From NCBI GenBank assembly GCA_965214605.1, contig OZ243961.1:1344001-1408000 (forward strand): 64,000 nucleotides of DNA. Direction: 5' to 3'. Within the stretch, counting starts at the first letter, position 1. Each line of letters starts with the position of its first letter. Below are positions 1 through 13,311 of this stretch, piece by piece. The translations under genes and the position numbers were made by a program. Source of the stretch: an uncultured Candidatus Binatia bacterium (GTDB lineage Bacteria > Desulfobacterota > Binatia > Bin18). The notes under the pieces were generated by a model, which worked only from the letters and a program-made list of their open reading frames with translations, was not told where the DNA came from and made no database searches.

Positions 1-118
1 TCAACTCGTAGTGCAAACGGAAATTTGTCGAGTTCAGCGTCTCGGGTCGGTTGATGGTCAGCTTGGCAATACCGTCCTTGATCTCAATCACCAGATGCTC
101 ATATTTGCTGGAATCCAT
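1..118 (-). CDS. Enoyl-CoA hydratase/isomerase family protein, N-terminus (runs off the window edge)
   Basis: Manual translation MDSSKYEHLVIEIKDGIAKLTINRPETLNS, a typical crotonase N-terminal 'TINRPE.LN' motif; AGGAG SD upstream. Confidence 0.8.
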   Translation of the reverse strand, partial: MDSSKYEHLVIEIKDGIAKLTINRPETLNSTNFRLHYEL

Positions 119-188
119 ACTCCTGCCTCCTTTCGATCATATCGCTAGACCGGTCCTCGTCTTGTGAGATCACCCCTATCTGGGTTGC

Positions 189-2852
189 CTAATGCGCCTC
201 CGCCCAGCTGCGTCCCTGCCCGATCTCTACCTCAAGCGGCACCTCAAGCGCGGCGACCCCTTCCATGACCTCACGGACAAGGGGGAGTACCGTCTGGAGT
301 TCCTCCTCGGGGACCTCGAACAGTAGTTCGTCGTGCACCTGCAGCAGCATGCGGGTGCCTGAGCCTTGTTGGCGGAGCCGCCGGTCGATCGTCACCATGG
401 CGATCTTGATCAGGTCGGCGGCCGTACCCTGAATCGGGGTATTGATAGCAGCCCGTTCGGCAGCGCTGAGGACTTGACGGTCGGTGCTGCGCAGGTTCGG
501 TACGTAACGCCGCCGCCCCTGCAAGGTCGTCACATAGCCGCGCTCTCGGGCGATATTCAGTACGCCGTCCATATAACCTTTAATCCCGTGGTAGCGAGCA
601 AAATACTGGTCGATATAGCCTTGAGCGGTTTTAAACGGAATATTCAGCGAACGGCCCAGACGGTGCGCGCCCATGCCGTAGATAATACCAAAATTGATCG
701 TCTTGGCCTGACGCCGCTGGTCCGCGGTGACTGTTTCAACCCCAAAGAGTTCAGCCGCCGTCCGGGCGTGCACGTCTTGTCTGCACCGAAAAGATTCCAC
801 CAGGACCGGGTCGTGACTCAAGTGGGCTAGCAGCCGCAGCTCAATCTGAGAATAGTCAGCCGACACGAACACGCGGCCCGGTGCCGGAACAAAGGCAGCC
901 CGGATACGGCGGCCCTCTTCACTCCGAATCGGGATGTTCTGCAGATTCGGCTTGCTCGACGACAGGCGCCCAGTCGCTGTGACCGTCTGGTTGAACGAGG
1001 TATGAATCCGCCCGGTTGTGGGGCGAATCAACTTCGGCAGGGCATCTACGTAGGTACTTTGCAGCTTGGCAAAGCCCCGATAGGACAGGATTTTGGCTGG
1101 CAGTGGATAATGCTCGGACAGCCCCTCTAGGACCGAAGAGTCGGTCGACGAGCCAGTCTTGGTTTTTTTGCCGCGTGGCAGACCTAACTTCTCAAACAGA
1201 ATGCGCTGGAGCTGCTGCGGAGAGGCGATATTAAACTCCTCACCGGCCATGTCGTATATTTCGTGTTCGAGCCGTCGGCGATGTTCGCTAAACTCGGTCG
1301 ACAGTTCGGCCAAAAAGTCATGGTCAACCAGAATACCGTTCAACTCCATGCGCGCTAAGACTAGGGCTAGGGGGACTTCGACCTCAGAGAATAGCTCCCC
1401 CATGCCCTCGTCGTGGAGGCGCGGAAACATCCGCTGGGCCAAGCGTAGAGTGATATCGGCGTCTTCGCCGGAATAGCTGGCCGCGGTATCAACCGCCACC
1501 TCGGCAAACCCTTTTTTGGCGCCGTTGGTCACTTCCTCATAGCGGGTCATACTGTAGCGCAGCTGATTCCAGGCCAGATCGTTCAGATTATGACGGGCGG
1601 CGGGATCGAGCAGATACGAGGCCAGCATAGTGTCCCCGGCCACGCGCCCGGGCCACAACCCATATTTGGCAAGGACCATGACGTCATATTTGAGATTCTG
1701 ACCGATGAGCGACAGCGACTCGTCTTCAAACAGACCACGGAGCGCTTCAAGCACGGTCTCGCGCGGCAGCTGGCACTCGGCCCCTTCTGCCGTATGGGCA
1801 ACGGGCACATACCAGGCCTGTTCTTCGTGTACCGACAGGGCGACCCCGACGAGGTCGGCGTCAAGCGGATCGAGGGCAGTCGTCTCGGTGTCCAGACAGT
1901 AGGTCTTGGCCACCCGGATCTGGCCCAGCACGTGTTGGAGCTGTTCTGCGGTCCGGACAATCTCATATCGACCCGCTTTAGCCTGTTCTTCATCCACAGA
2001 AAATTCCCAGCTGACGTCCAGATCTGAGAGAAAGCGGCGAAACTCAAACTCGCTAAACAGCTCCCGGAGACGGTCGACATCTGGCTCTTTGCGGATCAAG
2101 CTCCCCAACTCGACCTCAACCGGAACCTCACGACACAAGGTCACGAGTTCTTTAGACAGGCGGGCCAGCTCAACATTGTCGCGGATCTTGTGGCCCAGTT
2201 TCCCCTTGATGGCGTCACTATTGCTGAGAACGTTTTCGAGAGTGTGCCATTCGGCGATGAGTTTCATCGCGGTCTTGTGACCTACTCCAGGAATACCCGG
2301 AATGTTATCAGTAGCGTCCCCCATCAGGGCCTGCACATCAATCACCCGACTGGGCTCAACGCCGAATTTGGCCCGGACATCCTCGATTCCAATAGTTTGG
2401 TTCTTCATGGTATCGAGCATTGTCACCCGCTCAGACACGAGCTGCATCAGATCCTTATCACCAGAGACCAGGACAATCTCGGCTCCGTCTTGGTCCCAGC
2501 GGCCCGCCAGGGTGGCCAGAATATCATCCGCCTCGTAGCCAGCGAGCTCGATGGCCGGAATGCGGTAGGCCTCGACGACCTCTTTGATACGGGGGATTTG
2601 CTGCCGCAGCGCGTCAGGAATGGCCTGTCGGTTGGCCTTATAGTCGCTATAGCGCGCGTGCCGAAAATTCTTGCCCGGCGCATCAAAGATAATCGCCAGA
2701 TGGCTCGGGTCATAGGTGTCTCGGACCCGCTGGAGCATGTTTACAAAGCCAAAAATCGCATTGGTGGGAAAGCCGCTCGAATTGCTCAGCTCACGCACGG
2801 CGTAGAACGCTCGGTAGATGTATGACAGACCGTCGATCAGAAAAATCCGCAT
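189..2852 (-). CDS. polA: DNA polymerase I
   Basis: 5'-3' exonuclease (LIDG...YRAFYA, EADD, GDKD), 3'-5' exonuclease (LDTETT) and polymerase motifs (DYSQIELR, KTINFGIIYG, QVHDEL); start moved to MRIFLIDG. Confidence 0.98.
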   Translation of the reverse strand: MRIFLIDGLSYIYRAFYAVRELSNSSGFPTNAIFGFVNMLQRVRDTYDPSHLAIIFDAPGKNFRHARYSDYKANRQAIPDALRQQIPRIKEVVEAYRIPAIELAGYEADDILATLAGRWDQDGAEIVLVSGDKDLMQLVSERVTMLDTMKNQTIGIEDVRAKFGVEPSRVIDVQALMGDATDNIPGIPGVGHKTAMKLIAEWHTLENVLSNSDAIKGKLGHKIRDNVELARLSKELVTLCREVPVEVELGSLIRKEPDVDRLRELFSEFEFRRFLSDLDVSWEFSVDEEQAKAGRYEIVRTAEQLQHVLGQIRVAKTYCLDTETTALDPLDADLVGVALSVHEEQAWYVPVAHTAEGAECQLPRETVLEALRGLFEDESLSLIGQNLKYDVMVLAKYGLWPGRVAGDTMLASYLLDPAARHNLNDLAWNQLRYSMTRYEEVTNGAKKGFAEVAVDTAASYSGEDADITLRLAQRMFPRLHDEGMGELFSEVEVPLALVLARMELNGILVDHDFLAELSTEFSEHRRRLEHEIYDMAGEEFNIASPQQLQRILFEKLGLPRGKKTKTGSSTDSSVLEGLSEHYPLPAKILSYRGFAKLQSTYVDALPKLIRPTTGRIHTSFNQTVTATGRLSSSKPNLQNIPIRSEEGRRIRAAFVPAPGRVFVSADYSQIELRLLAHLSHDPVLVESFRCRQDVHARTAAELFGVETVTADQRRQAKTINFGIIYGMGAHRLGRSLNIPFKTAQGYIDQYFARYHGIKGYMDGVLNIARERGYVTTLQGRRRYVPNLRSTDRQVLSAAERAAINTPIQGTAADLIKIAMVTIDRRLRQQGSGTRMLLQVHDELLFEVPEEELQTVLPLVREVMEGVAALEVPLEVEIGQGRSWAEAH

Positions 2853-2974
2853 TGGTTCATCTGTCCTCGGCAGAAAGGAGAACAATGAGAATCGCCCCAT
2901 TAGGAAGAGATTATTGTTCTCCTTTTGTGGCAGGACACTCGCGCAGCGTCAAGCGAGCCGGCTTGTCATCAGCC

Positions 2975-3004
2975 AAAAAAAGTCCCTGGCTGGTCAGGGA
3001 CTTT
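2975..3004 (-). terminator. Intrinsic terminator downstream of tRNA-Gly
   Basis: AAAGTCCCTG-N6-CAGGGACTTT inverted repeat with an A-run that gives a U-tract on the minus strand. Confidence 0.75.
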
Positions 3005-3010
3005 GGAGAG

Positions 3011-3084
3011 AGCGGGTGACCGGCTTCGAACCGGCGACTTCGACCTTGGCAAGGTCGCGCTCTAGCCAGCTGAGCTACACCCGC
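3011..3084 (-). tRNA. tRNA-Gly (anticodon GCC)
   Basis: Reverse complement GCGGGTGTAGCTCAGCTGGCTAGAGCGCGACCTTGCCAAGGTCGAAGTCGCCGGTTCGAAGCCGGTCACCCGCT folds as a cloverleaf with a GCC anticodon and TTCGAA T-loop. Confidence 0.96.
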
Positions 3085-3097
3085 GTATCGTCACACA

Positions 3098-3127
3098 AAC
3101 ATACACCATACAATGGCGAAGTGTCAA
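3098..3127 (-). promoter_or_regulatory. Putative sigma70 promoter of tRNA-Gly
   Basis: TTGACA-N18-TATGTT on the minus strand, 13 nt upstream of the tRNA. Confidence 0.6.
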
Positions 3128-3130
3128 CGC

Positions 3131-6285
<3,155 letters not shown>

Positions 6286-6293
<8 letters not shown>

Positions 6294-7161
6294 GATAGCG
6301 CTTGGTGAGATTGGTGTAGGCATCGATCCGTCGATCGCGCAGAAACGGCCATTCCTGGCGCACCGTATCAATGCGACTGAGGTCACACGAGACCAGGACG
6401 GTCTCTTCGCGGTCGGTTCCGGCACTGGTCAGCAGGCGGCCAAAAGGATCGCTCACAAAAGATGAGCCCCAAAACTGAAGCCCGCCCTCTGTCCCAACTC
6501 GGTTCACCGTCGCAACAAAGACGCCGTTGGCAACCGCGTGGCCACGCTGGATTGTCTCCCAGGCGTCACGCTGAGCTTGGCGTTCTTCGGCTCGTTCGGC
6601 GTGGTGCCAACCAATAGCCGTCGGATAGAACAGCAGCTGGGCCCCGCTCAGCGTGGTCAGGCGAGCACCCTCGGGAAACCACTGATCCCAGCAGATTAAG
6701 ACACCGATCCGGGCGTAGCGGGTTGCAAACGTCCGAAACCCCAGATCGCCCGGTGTGAAATAGAATTTTTCATAGTACAGGGGATCGTCCGGAATATGCA
6801 TCTTGCGATAGGTGCCGAGCAAACTCCCGTCGGCATCAATCACGGCCACCGAGTTGTGGAATAAGCCCGCTGCCCGCTTCTCGAAAATCGGCACAATCAA
6901 CACCACCTGACGGGCACGCGCCACACGGCTGAGCGTTTCGGTTGTCGGCCCAGGAATTGGTTCGGCCAGCCGAAACCAGCCGTTCTCTTCTCGCTGACAA
7001 AAATAGACCGAACAGAAGAGCTCTTGGAGACACACAATCTGGGCCCCGCGCTGGGCGGTCGCCTCGATGCGTTGTATGGCTTTGCTGAGGTTTGCGCTGG
7101 GCTCGTCCCCGCACGTCATCTGGACCAAGCCGATACGGACGGTGGCCGAGCGGATATCCAT
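6286..7161 (-). CDS. aguB: N-carbamoylputrescine amidase (carbon-nitrogen hydrolase)
   Basis: Nitrilase triad LQELF / YRKMHIPDDP / ICWDQWFPE, YEKFYFTPGD, FLRDRR; adjacent to aguA. Confidence 0.9.
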
Positions 7162-7492
7162 GGCTTGCATTATACGGAACCAGCCCAGCGGGCTCAATGT
7201 GGGACGCTCCGAAAGACAGCGGCTTGAGGCCTGGGGTTTTCTTGACAGCTATCAACAAAAACGGTAGGGGTAGCAGCTCCTTACAGCAGCACGAGGTGGA
7301 CCGCCTGCCTTGAAGACACACACACGACGGACCGCATCTTCGGGCCGGCCCCGAGCGAAAGGACTGCCCGGGACTTTCCTTGCCACCCTTCTCGCCCCAT
7401 CCTCTCGTGCCCAAACGACCATCGGGCACTACGCATCCTGATCGTCTCCCCGATAGTGTAGAGATAAGAGGTTCATGTAAGGAAGTGTTGCC

Positions 7493-9490
7493 ATGAGAGC
7501 GCTAAAAGAGGGTGCCCGTGATACTACTCAATTGGGACATTTTTCAGCCTCCCAGATGGCAAGTCTGCGAGGCACGACAGACCTCCCTCCAATTCCCTCT
7601 GCCGTCCAGGAGATGGTCGAGGAAAACCTTGCCCGGTATGGAATAGATAACTGGGGTGGAGAATATTTCTCGGTCAACCGTAAGGGATACGTCACCCTGA
7701 CCTTTGACCAACGCCACCCGGTAGCCGTCATCCAGATTGTGGACGAGCTGCGTCAGCGTGGTCTGTCACCCCCACTCATCCTGCGCTTCCCCCAGATCCT
7801 GGACGGCCAGATTGAGAAACTCGTCGCCGCCTTTCGTGCTGCAATCGAAGAGTTTGACTACAACGGCGGCTATATTCCAGCCTATCCGCTTAAGGCCAAT
7901 CAAAAAAAAGAGGTTGTCCAGGAGATCGTTCGCTATGGCCAGCGCTACGATTTAGGTATTGAGGTGGGCAGCAAAGCCGAACTGACCCTAGCCTTGGCCC
8001 TGAGCGATAATCCAGAGGCGCCAATCATCTGCAACGGGGTCAAAGATGAGGCCTATCTCAGTCTCGCTCTGCGCAGCAGACAGATCGGACGGAAGGTCTT
8101 TATTGTTTTAGAAACGCTCTTTGAACTGAGGTTGCTGATTGAGCTGAGCCAGCGCCTGAGCATTCGTCCCCGGATCGGCCTACGGCTCAAACTGTCGGCG
8201 CGCGGCAGCGGCAAATGGGAGAAGTCGAGCGGCGACTTATCCAAGTTTGGCTTCACCACCACCGATCTGCTCAAAGGTCTCACATATCTCAACAGAGCCA
8301 ATCTCGGCGACTGTCTCCAATTGCTGCATTTTCATATCGGTTCGCAAGTGACCGATATCAAGCGCATTAAGTATGCGGTCAAAGAGGCGGCGCGAACCTA
8401 CGCCAAGCTGCGCAAAATGTGCCCCCAGCTCGCCTACCTCGATGTTGGCGGTGGCCTTGGCATTGACTACGATGGCTCGCGTACAGCTTCAGAGTCAAGC
8501 GTTAACTACTCTGTCCAGGAGTACGCCAACGATATCATCTATTCGGTCAAAGAAGTGTGCGACAGTGAGGAGGTGCATGAGCCGATTATCCTCACCGAAA
8601 ATGGTCGGATGATCGCCGCCCCCCACGCCTTGCTCGTCTTTAATATTATCAACGAGTTGACCCTGTTGAACGGTCCAATTCACGTGCCTAAGCCCGATAG
8701 CCACCCGCAGGTCATTCAGGAAATGTATGATATCTATACCGAGATCAATGCAAAGAACTACCGGGAGTATTACCACGACGTGATCGAACAGCGGGACGAA
8801 ATGTTCTCGCTGTTCAATCTAGGCTATTTATCCTTAGAAGATCGTGGACTTGGTCAGGAGCTGTTCTGGGGAGTATGTGAGCGAGCGCTGAAGTTTGCTA
8901 AACTGGCCAAGCATATGCCCGAAGAGTTTGAAGACCTAGAGCGCCGCCTCGCCCACAAATTCATCTGTAATTTCTCCGTCTTCCAGTCTATTCCAGACTC
9001 GTGGGCCGTCGGCCAGCTGTTTCCCATTATGCCGCTGCACCGGCTGGCCGAGATGCCTGAACATAAGGGCTATTTGGCGGATTTGACGTGTGATTCAGAC
9101 GGGAAGGTCGATAATTTTGTCGATCTGCGGGCTATCAAAGACGCGCTTGAACTCCATCCCACTAACGGCCAGCCCTACTATCTGGGCGTCTTTCTTACCG
9201 GAGCCTATCAAGATGTGCTGGGCGATTACCACAATCTGTTTGGCCACGTCCACGACGCGTCGGTTGTGATTGATGAGCATGGCCAGTCTCACATTACCAC
9301 GATTATGCCCGGCCAGAAGATCGAGAGTGTGCTCAGAGTGTTTGGTTATAAACGCCAAGAGCTGCTCCAAGGATTTCGGCACCAGCTTAGGGCAAGTGCA
9401 GAGCCCATCGCACCGGAATGGCGTGACCGGCTGATTCAGGAGTTCGAAGCCGCTCTCGAAAGCTATCCCTATCTGACACTGGAGGACTGA
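7493..9490 (+). CDS. speA: Biosynthetic arginine decarboxylase
   Basis: YGIDNWG, YPLKANQ (PLP Lys), FHIGSQ, DVGGGLGIDYDG, DLTCDSDG, GAYQDVLGDYHNLFG; the true start may lie slightly downstream. Confidence 0.95.
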   Translation: MRALKEGARDTTQLGHFSASQMASLRGTTDLPPIPSAVQEMVEENLARYGIDNWGGEYFSVNRKGYVTLTFDQRHPVAVIQIVDELRQRGLSPPLILRFPQILDGQIEKLVAAFRAAIEEFDYNGGYIPAYPLKANQKKEVVQEIVRYGQRYDLGIEVGSKAELTLALALSDNPEAPIICNGVKDEAYLSLALRSRQIGRKVFIVLETLFELRLLIELSQRLSIRPRIGLRLKLSARGSGKWEKSSGDLSKFGFTTTDLLKGLTYLNRANLGDCLQLLHFHIGSQVTDIKRIKYAVKEAARTYAKLRKMCPQLAYLDVGGGLGIDYDGSRTASESSVNYSVQEYANDIIYSVKEVCDSEEVHEPIILTENGRMIAAPHALLVFNIINELTLLNGPIHVPKPDSHPQVIQEMYDIYTEINAKNYREYYHDVIEQRDEMFSLFNLGYLSLEDRGLGQELFWGVCERALKFAKLAKHMPEEFEDLERRLAHKFICNFSVFQSIPDSWAVGQLFPIMPLHRLAEMPEHKGYLADLTCDSDGKVDNFVDLRAIKDALELHPTNGQPYYLGVFLTGAYQDVLGDYHNLFGHVHDASVVIDEHGQSHITTIMPGQKIESVLRVFGYKRQELLQGFRHQLRASAEPIAPEWRDRLIQEFEAALESYPYLTLED

Positions 9491-9498
9491 GAGCGGCC

Positions 9499-10482
9499 AT
9501 GGCCCATATTCTCGACGCGGCCGATCCGGCCGCGGTTCTGCAGGCGGCCGCGCTGGTACGAACTGGCGGCCTTGTCGCCTTTCCAACCGAAACTGTCTAC
9601 GGCCTTGGGGCCGACGCGCTCAATGAGCGTGCGGTGGCTCAGGTCTTTGCGGTGAAACAGCGCCCTGAGTTTGATCCGCTGATTGTGCATATTGAGGACA
9701 GCAGTGCCGTCCCTCGATACGCCTCCCGCATCGACGACCGGGCTAGGGATCTTATGGGACGCTTCTGGCCCGGTCCGCTCACCCTCGTGTTGCCCAAACG
9801 GCCTGTTATTCCGGACCTGGTCACGGCTGGGCTGGGGACGGTCGGGCTGCGCATGCCGTCCCATCCTGTCGCTCTCAGCCTATTGCGGGAGGCTGGTACG
9901 CCGATTGCCGCTCCGAGTGCCAACCCGTTTGGCTATGTCAGCCCAACCACAGCCCGACATGTGCAGGAGACATTAGGACAGACACTTGCGCTGATTCTGG
10001 ACGGCGGGCCGTGCCCGGTGGGGCTTGAGTCCACGGTGTGTGCGCTAACCGATAAAGAAGCGGTCGTGTTGCGTCCGGGCGGAGTGAGTGTGGAGGATAT
10101 TGAAGATGTCATCGGGCCGGTCTGTCTCCCCTCTTCAGGCGATCCCGACCCACGCTCGCCAGGCACTCTGCCGCATCACTACGCGCCGCGCGTTCCGATT
10201 ACCCTGCTCGCCCTCGGCCAGGCCATCCCTCAGCCGTCTCCTCAGGAACGGGTCGGCCTGTTAACCTTCATGCACAGACCAGCGGCAGACGCCTACACGT
10301 GTCAGGCTGCTTTATCGGCCGGAGGCAATCTGGTCGAAGCCGCCACACATCTGTTTGCCACCTTGCACCATTTTGACCGTCTGAACCTCGACAGATTGGT
10401 GGTCGAGGCTGTCCCCGAGCGAGGGATCGGCCGGGCGATTATGGATCGCCTGCGCCGCGCGGCCGCACTCAGTTCGGATTGA
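9499..10482 (+). CDS. tsaC: L-threonylcarbamoyladenylate synthase (Sua5 type)
   Basis: FPTETVYGLGA, K.RP..DPLIVH, AAPSAN, C-terminal SUA5 domain (SPG...HYAP, AIMDRL). Confidence 0.95.
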   Translation: MAHILDAADPAAVLQAAALVRTGGLVAFPTETVYGLGADALNERAVAQVFAVKQRPEFDPLIVHIEDSSAVPRYASRIDDRARDLMGRFWPGPLTLVLPKRPVIPDLVTAGLGTVGLRMPSHPVALSLLREAGTPIAAPSANPFGYVSPTTARHVQETLGQTLALILDGGPCPVGLESTVCALTDKEAVVLRPGGVSVEDIEDVIGPVCLPSSGDPDPRSPGTLPHHYAPRVPITLLALGQAIPQPSPQERVGLLTFMHRPAADAYTCQAALSAGGNLVEAATHLFATLHHFDRLNLDRLVVEAVPERGIGRAIMDRLRRAAALSSD

Positions 10483-10570
10483 AGAAGCCCACTTCTCATA
10501 GCACGAGTGGTATGAGATCAACGAGTCCTTGCCACAGCGTTCAAAGACAGGAGAAGGATCCGATTCAGCA

Positions 10571-11227
10571 TACCATCGCCCTCTCAAGATAGACCTCAAA
10601 GACCATCAAACCGCCTTTGTGTGGGGTACGCGGAAGCGAGGATACACCACATTGATGAACTTGAGCCCATTCTGACTTCTAGACTTGTGCTGCAGCACGA
10701 CGCCTCCCAAAAGCCCGAGCGCAGCCTACAGACCTAGAGGGCCGATTATCTGGAGCAGGAGATCTGGGCTGAGGCGCCGACGCGCAGTGTTCTTGCGTTT
10801 GCTGAATTTCTTCAAGCGGTGACCTACGGCCAGCTGCTGAATTATGCAAATATCGCCCAAGCCTGTGGGGTGAGAAGAAGAATGGTTTGGAAATACTCCC
10901 AGATTCTTGGCAATAGGCTGCTCGGCTGTAGCCCAGGGCCAGGGCGGAAACGTAAAAATCGCCGTCTCATTGAATCATTGAGACAGCCAAATTCTCTTTA
11001 TTCAACCCGGAGGTTGCGGGCGCGCCTTGTCCGGTACGCGCCGTATCTCACATGGCAGTGGAGAGTTTGGCCGCGCGTTTGAGCATTCCCATCTGAGCTA
11101 TACAGAGCCATATTGACCCCTTATTGACGGACTCATAGCGGTCTAGAAATTAAGTCTGCTTACTAGAGACCTCGATGTGGCGATTGAACAAAAGGCCGTC
11201 CACAAAGAGGACGAGCACCGCGCAAAG
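10571..11227 (+). pseudogene. Eroded AAA+ ATPase / DUF4143 family gene
   Basis: Fragments in shifting frames: YHRPLKIDL...TAFVWGTRK (decayed Walker A), DYLEQEIWAEA..RSVLAFAEFL, GQLLNYANIA, RKNRRLIE..TAKFSLFNP, EFGRAFEH, Y*RTHSGLEI, DVAIEQK; large internal deletions and stops. Confidence 0.75.
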
Positions 11228-11229
11228 CG

Positions 11230-12070
11230 CGCGAGGTTCGTGGTGATGCCGTTGCCGGGGAAGACGACGACGCCCTTGGGCAGGAGGTTGAGCAGTTCGT
11301 CGTTGCGCCGGAACGGTGCGGTCCGTCCGTGGCGGTCCCAGTCCGGCTTGCATACCACCTGATGGACGCCGCGCTGCTCAGCCCACTTGCGGCGATGCGC
11401 TCGACGCCGGGTCCGCCGCCGTGCGCGAGGACGAGCGGCGTATTTCACGCGCCTTGTCGAGGCTTTCGAAGACGGCGCCGGCGTCCCTACCGCCACCGTT
11501 TTTGTTGATATCTGTGGCGATGGCGACCAGCGTTCCCTGAGGCGGGTGGGCCTTCATTTCGCGGTCCTTCCTCGCGCGCTGGAAGTCGCGTGCTTCGATG
11601 GCGACGGAGGTAAGCGCGCCGGTCTGGCTGATGTGGCTGCCGCGTCTCGGGCGCCAGACCTCGTCGGTCTCGGCGCGGGAGGCCGCGGCGTCGCGCATCT
11701 GCTCGAAGGCGTCGCGGCGGTCGCCGAGGTTGCGGGCGCGGTCGGTGACGAGTTCGCGGTTGTGCGCCTTGACCTCGCTGCCGTCCTGGGTGCGCAGCTC
11801 GGAGGTGAGCCTGTCGATGCCGCGGCCGAGCCGGCGGACTTGGGCGTCGAAGGCATTGACGATACCCCAGAGGATGTGTTTGCGCTCGTCGGCGAGCTGG
11901 GAAGCCGTCGGGGGCGACGCCTTCTGCAAGGATGCGGAAGACGTCGGTTACGGCGTCGTCTTCTTCCAGACCTCGCGGGGGTCGAACTCGCCGCGCTCGG
12001 AGGTTGCGCCGTAGAGTGCGGCGTTCTCGCAGATGACGGCGGTCGGGGATTGTGTCTGCTGGGTGTCGAT
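11230..12070 (-). pseudogene. Frameshifted DUF2493 (SLOG/YspA-like) protein gene of plasmid/ICE type
   Basis: Fragments ILWGIVNAF...QDGSEV...RRDAFEQMRD...WRPRRGS...EARDF and WAEQRGVHQVVCKPDWDRHGRTAPFRRNDELL...VVVFPGNGITTNLA in different frames; visibly higher GC than flanks. Confidence 0.75.
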
Positions 12071-12265
12071 GTGATCGATTATACTATTGAGAGAAAATAA
12101 TAATTTTTCCAACAGAACATACTGCCACGACTTTACTAATGCGACCTACTTGGCCGACCTCTTCTGTCCAGTTGCCGCGTCTCATTTTGTGAAGGACCAT
12201 TCTTATGCTTGAAGAGTCAGACTGATCGGTGCACAGTATATCGGTCGAAAAAAAGGAGGAAGCGT

Positions 12266-13123
12266 ATGGACTTTGAAACCCTAGCGACCGGCTATGGCTT
12301 GCTTGAGGGACCCCGCACCGATGAGCAGAACCGGCTGTACTTCAGCGATGTCCGCGGGGGCGGTGTCTTCCGCCGTAGTCCAGACGGGCGGATTGAAACG
12401 CTGATCTCGCAAGATCGGAAGTCGGTGGGCGGCATTGCTCTGAACGAGGGCGGCGGTCTACTTGTCACCGGCCCGTCGCTAGCCCAGTGGGATGAGCAGA
12501 CCGGCCAGATCAGAGACATCTTCAGCCAATGGGACGGGAAGCCGCTGTTTGGTCTGAACGATCTGACAATCGACGATCAGGGGAGCATTTGGGTCGGTTC
12601 GTTCGGCTGCGACATCAACAAGTTTGATTTTAAGAGCGCCCCACCGCCGGGGTCCTTGTTTCGAGTCGATCCATCGGGACAAGTGACACATCTGTGGGAA
12701 GGGGTTGAGGTCACAAACGGACTTGGCTTTACGGCAGATCGTCAGCTGCTCTACCACTGCGATTCCACTACCCGCGCGGTGTGGGTATATGAAGTGCGCA
12801 CCGACCGAACGGTCAGCGACCGCCAGCTGTTTGCCAAGCTCCCCGAGGGGATGCCTGACGGTATGACGGTCGATGTCGAGGGCGGTGTGTGGGTGGCGGT
12901 TGTGGCCGGCTCGGGTGAGGTGGTGCGGTTTAAGCCGGCTGGGACCCTTGACCGACGGATCACCATCCCCGCCAAAACAATCACGAGCGTGGCCTTCGGC
13001 GGTCCTGATATGTGTGACCTGTACGTTGTCACTGCCAACAACGATACGCGAGATTTGAAGGGAACGGTATTCCGAACCCGTTCGGACATTCCCGGTTTGC
13101 CAGTGCCCAAGGCGAGATTTTGA
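12266..13123 (+). CDS. SMP-30/gluconolactonase/LRE family protein
   Basis: LLEGP, LNDL, TNGLGF, PDGMTVD.EGGVWVA, TSVAFGG...LYVVT; AGGAGG SD. Confidence 0.92.
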   Translation: MDFETLATGYGLLEGPRTDEQNRLYFSDVRGGGVFRRSPDGRIETLISQDRKSVGGIALNEGGGLLVTGPSLAQWDEQTGQIRDIFSQWDGKPLFGLNDLTIDDQGSIWVGSFGCDINKFDFKSAPPPGSLFRVDPSGQVTHLWEGVEVTNGLGFTADRQLLYHCDSTTRAVWVYEVRTDRTVSDRQLFAKLPEGMPDGMTVDVEGGVWVAVVAGSGEVVRFKPAGTLDRRITIPAKTITSVAFGGPDMCDLYVVTANNDTRDLKGTVFRTRSDIPGLPVPKARF

Positions 13124-13311
13124 TCTCCTTATTCTTCGGCAGTACTCGTCAGCCCACAGTAACGTCTGCGTCACTGAGACGGCTAGAACATGTCCAGGCT
13201 AGCTTTGCGGGAAGACCTAGCTTCTCCTTACCATACCTCACACCGGTACGGTGAACTTTTATCTCTGTTGGTGCGATCTTCTCGGGAGTCCCCGTGCGTT
13301 TCGCACCAAAG

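Noticed and set aside
3011-3084. tRNA-Gly as an island integration site
   Set aside because: Flanked by polA and ligA; no integrase or duplicated 3' end seen
7262-7380. Loose similarity to the ykkC/guanidine-I riboswitch (ACACGACGG...GCCCGGGA)
   Set aside because: The conserved CTAGGGTTCC and GGGATAAAAGCCC elements are absent
11387-12100. 237-aa plus-strand ORF
   Set aside because: Antisense shadow of the high-GC DUF2493 remnant
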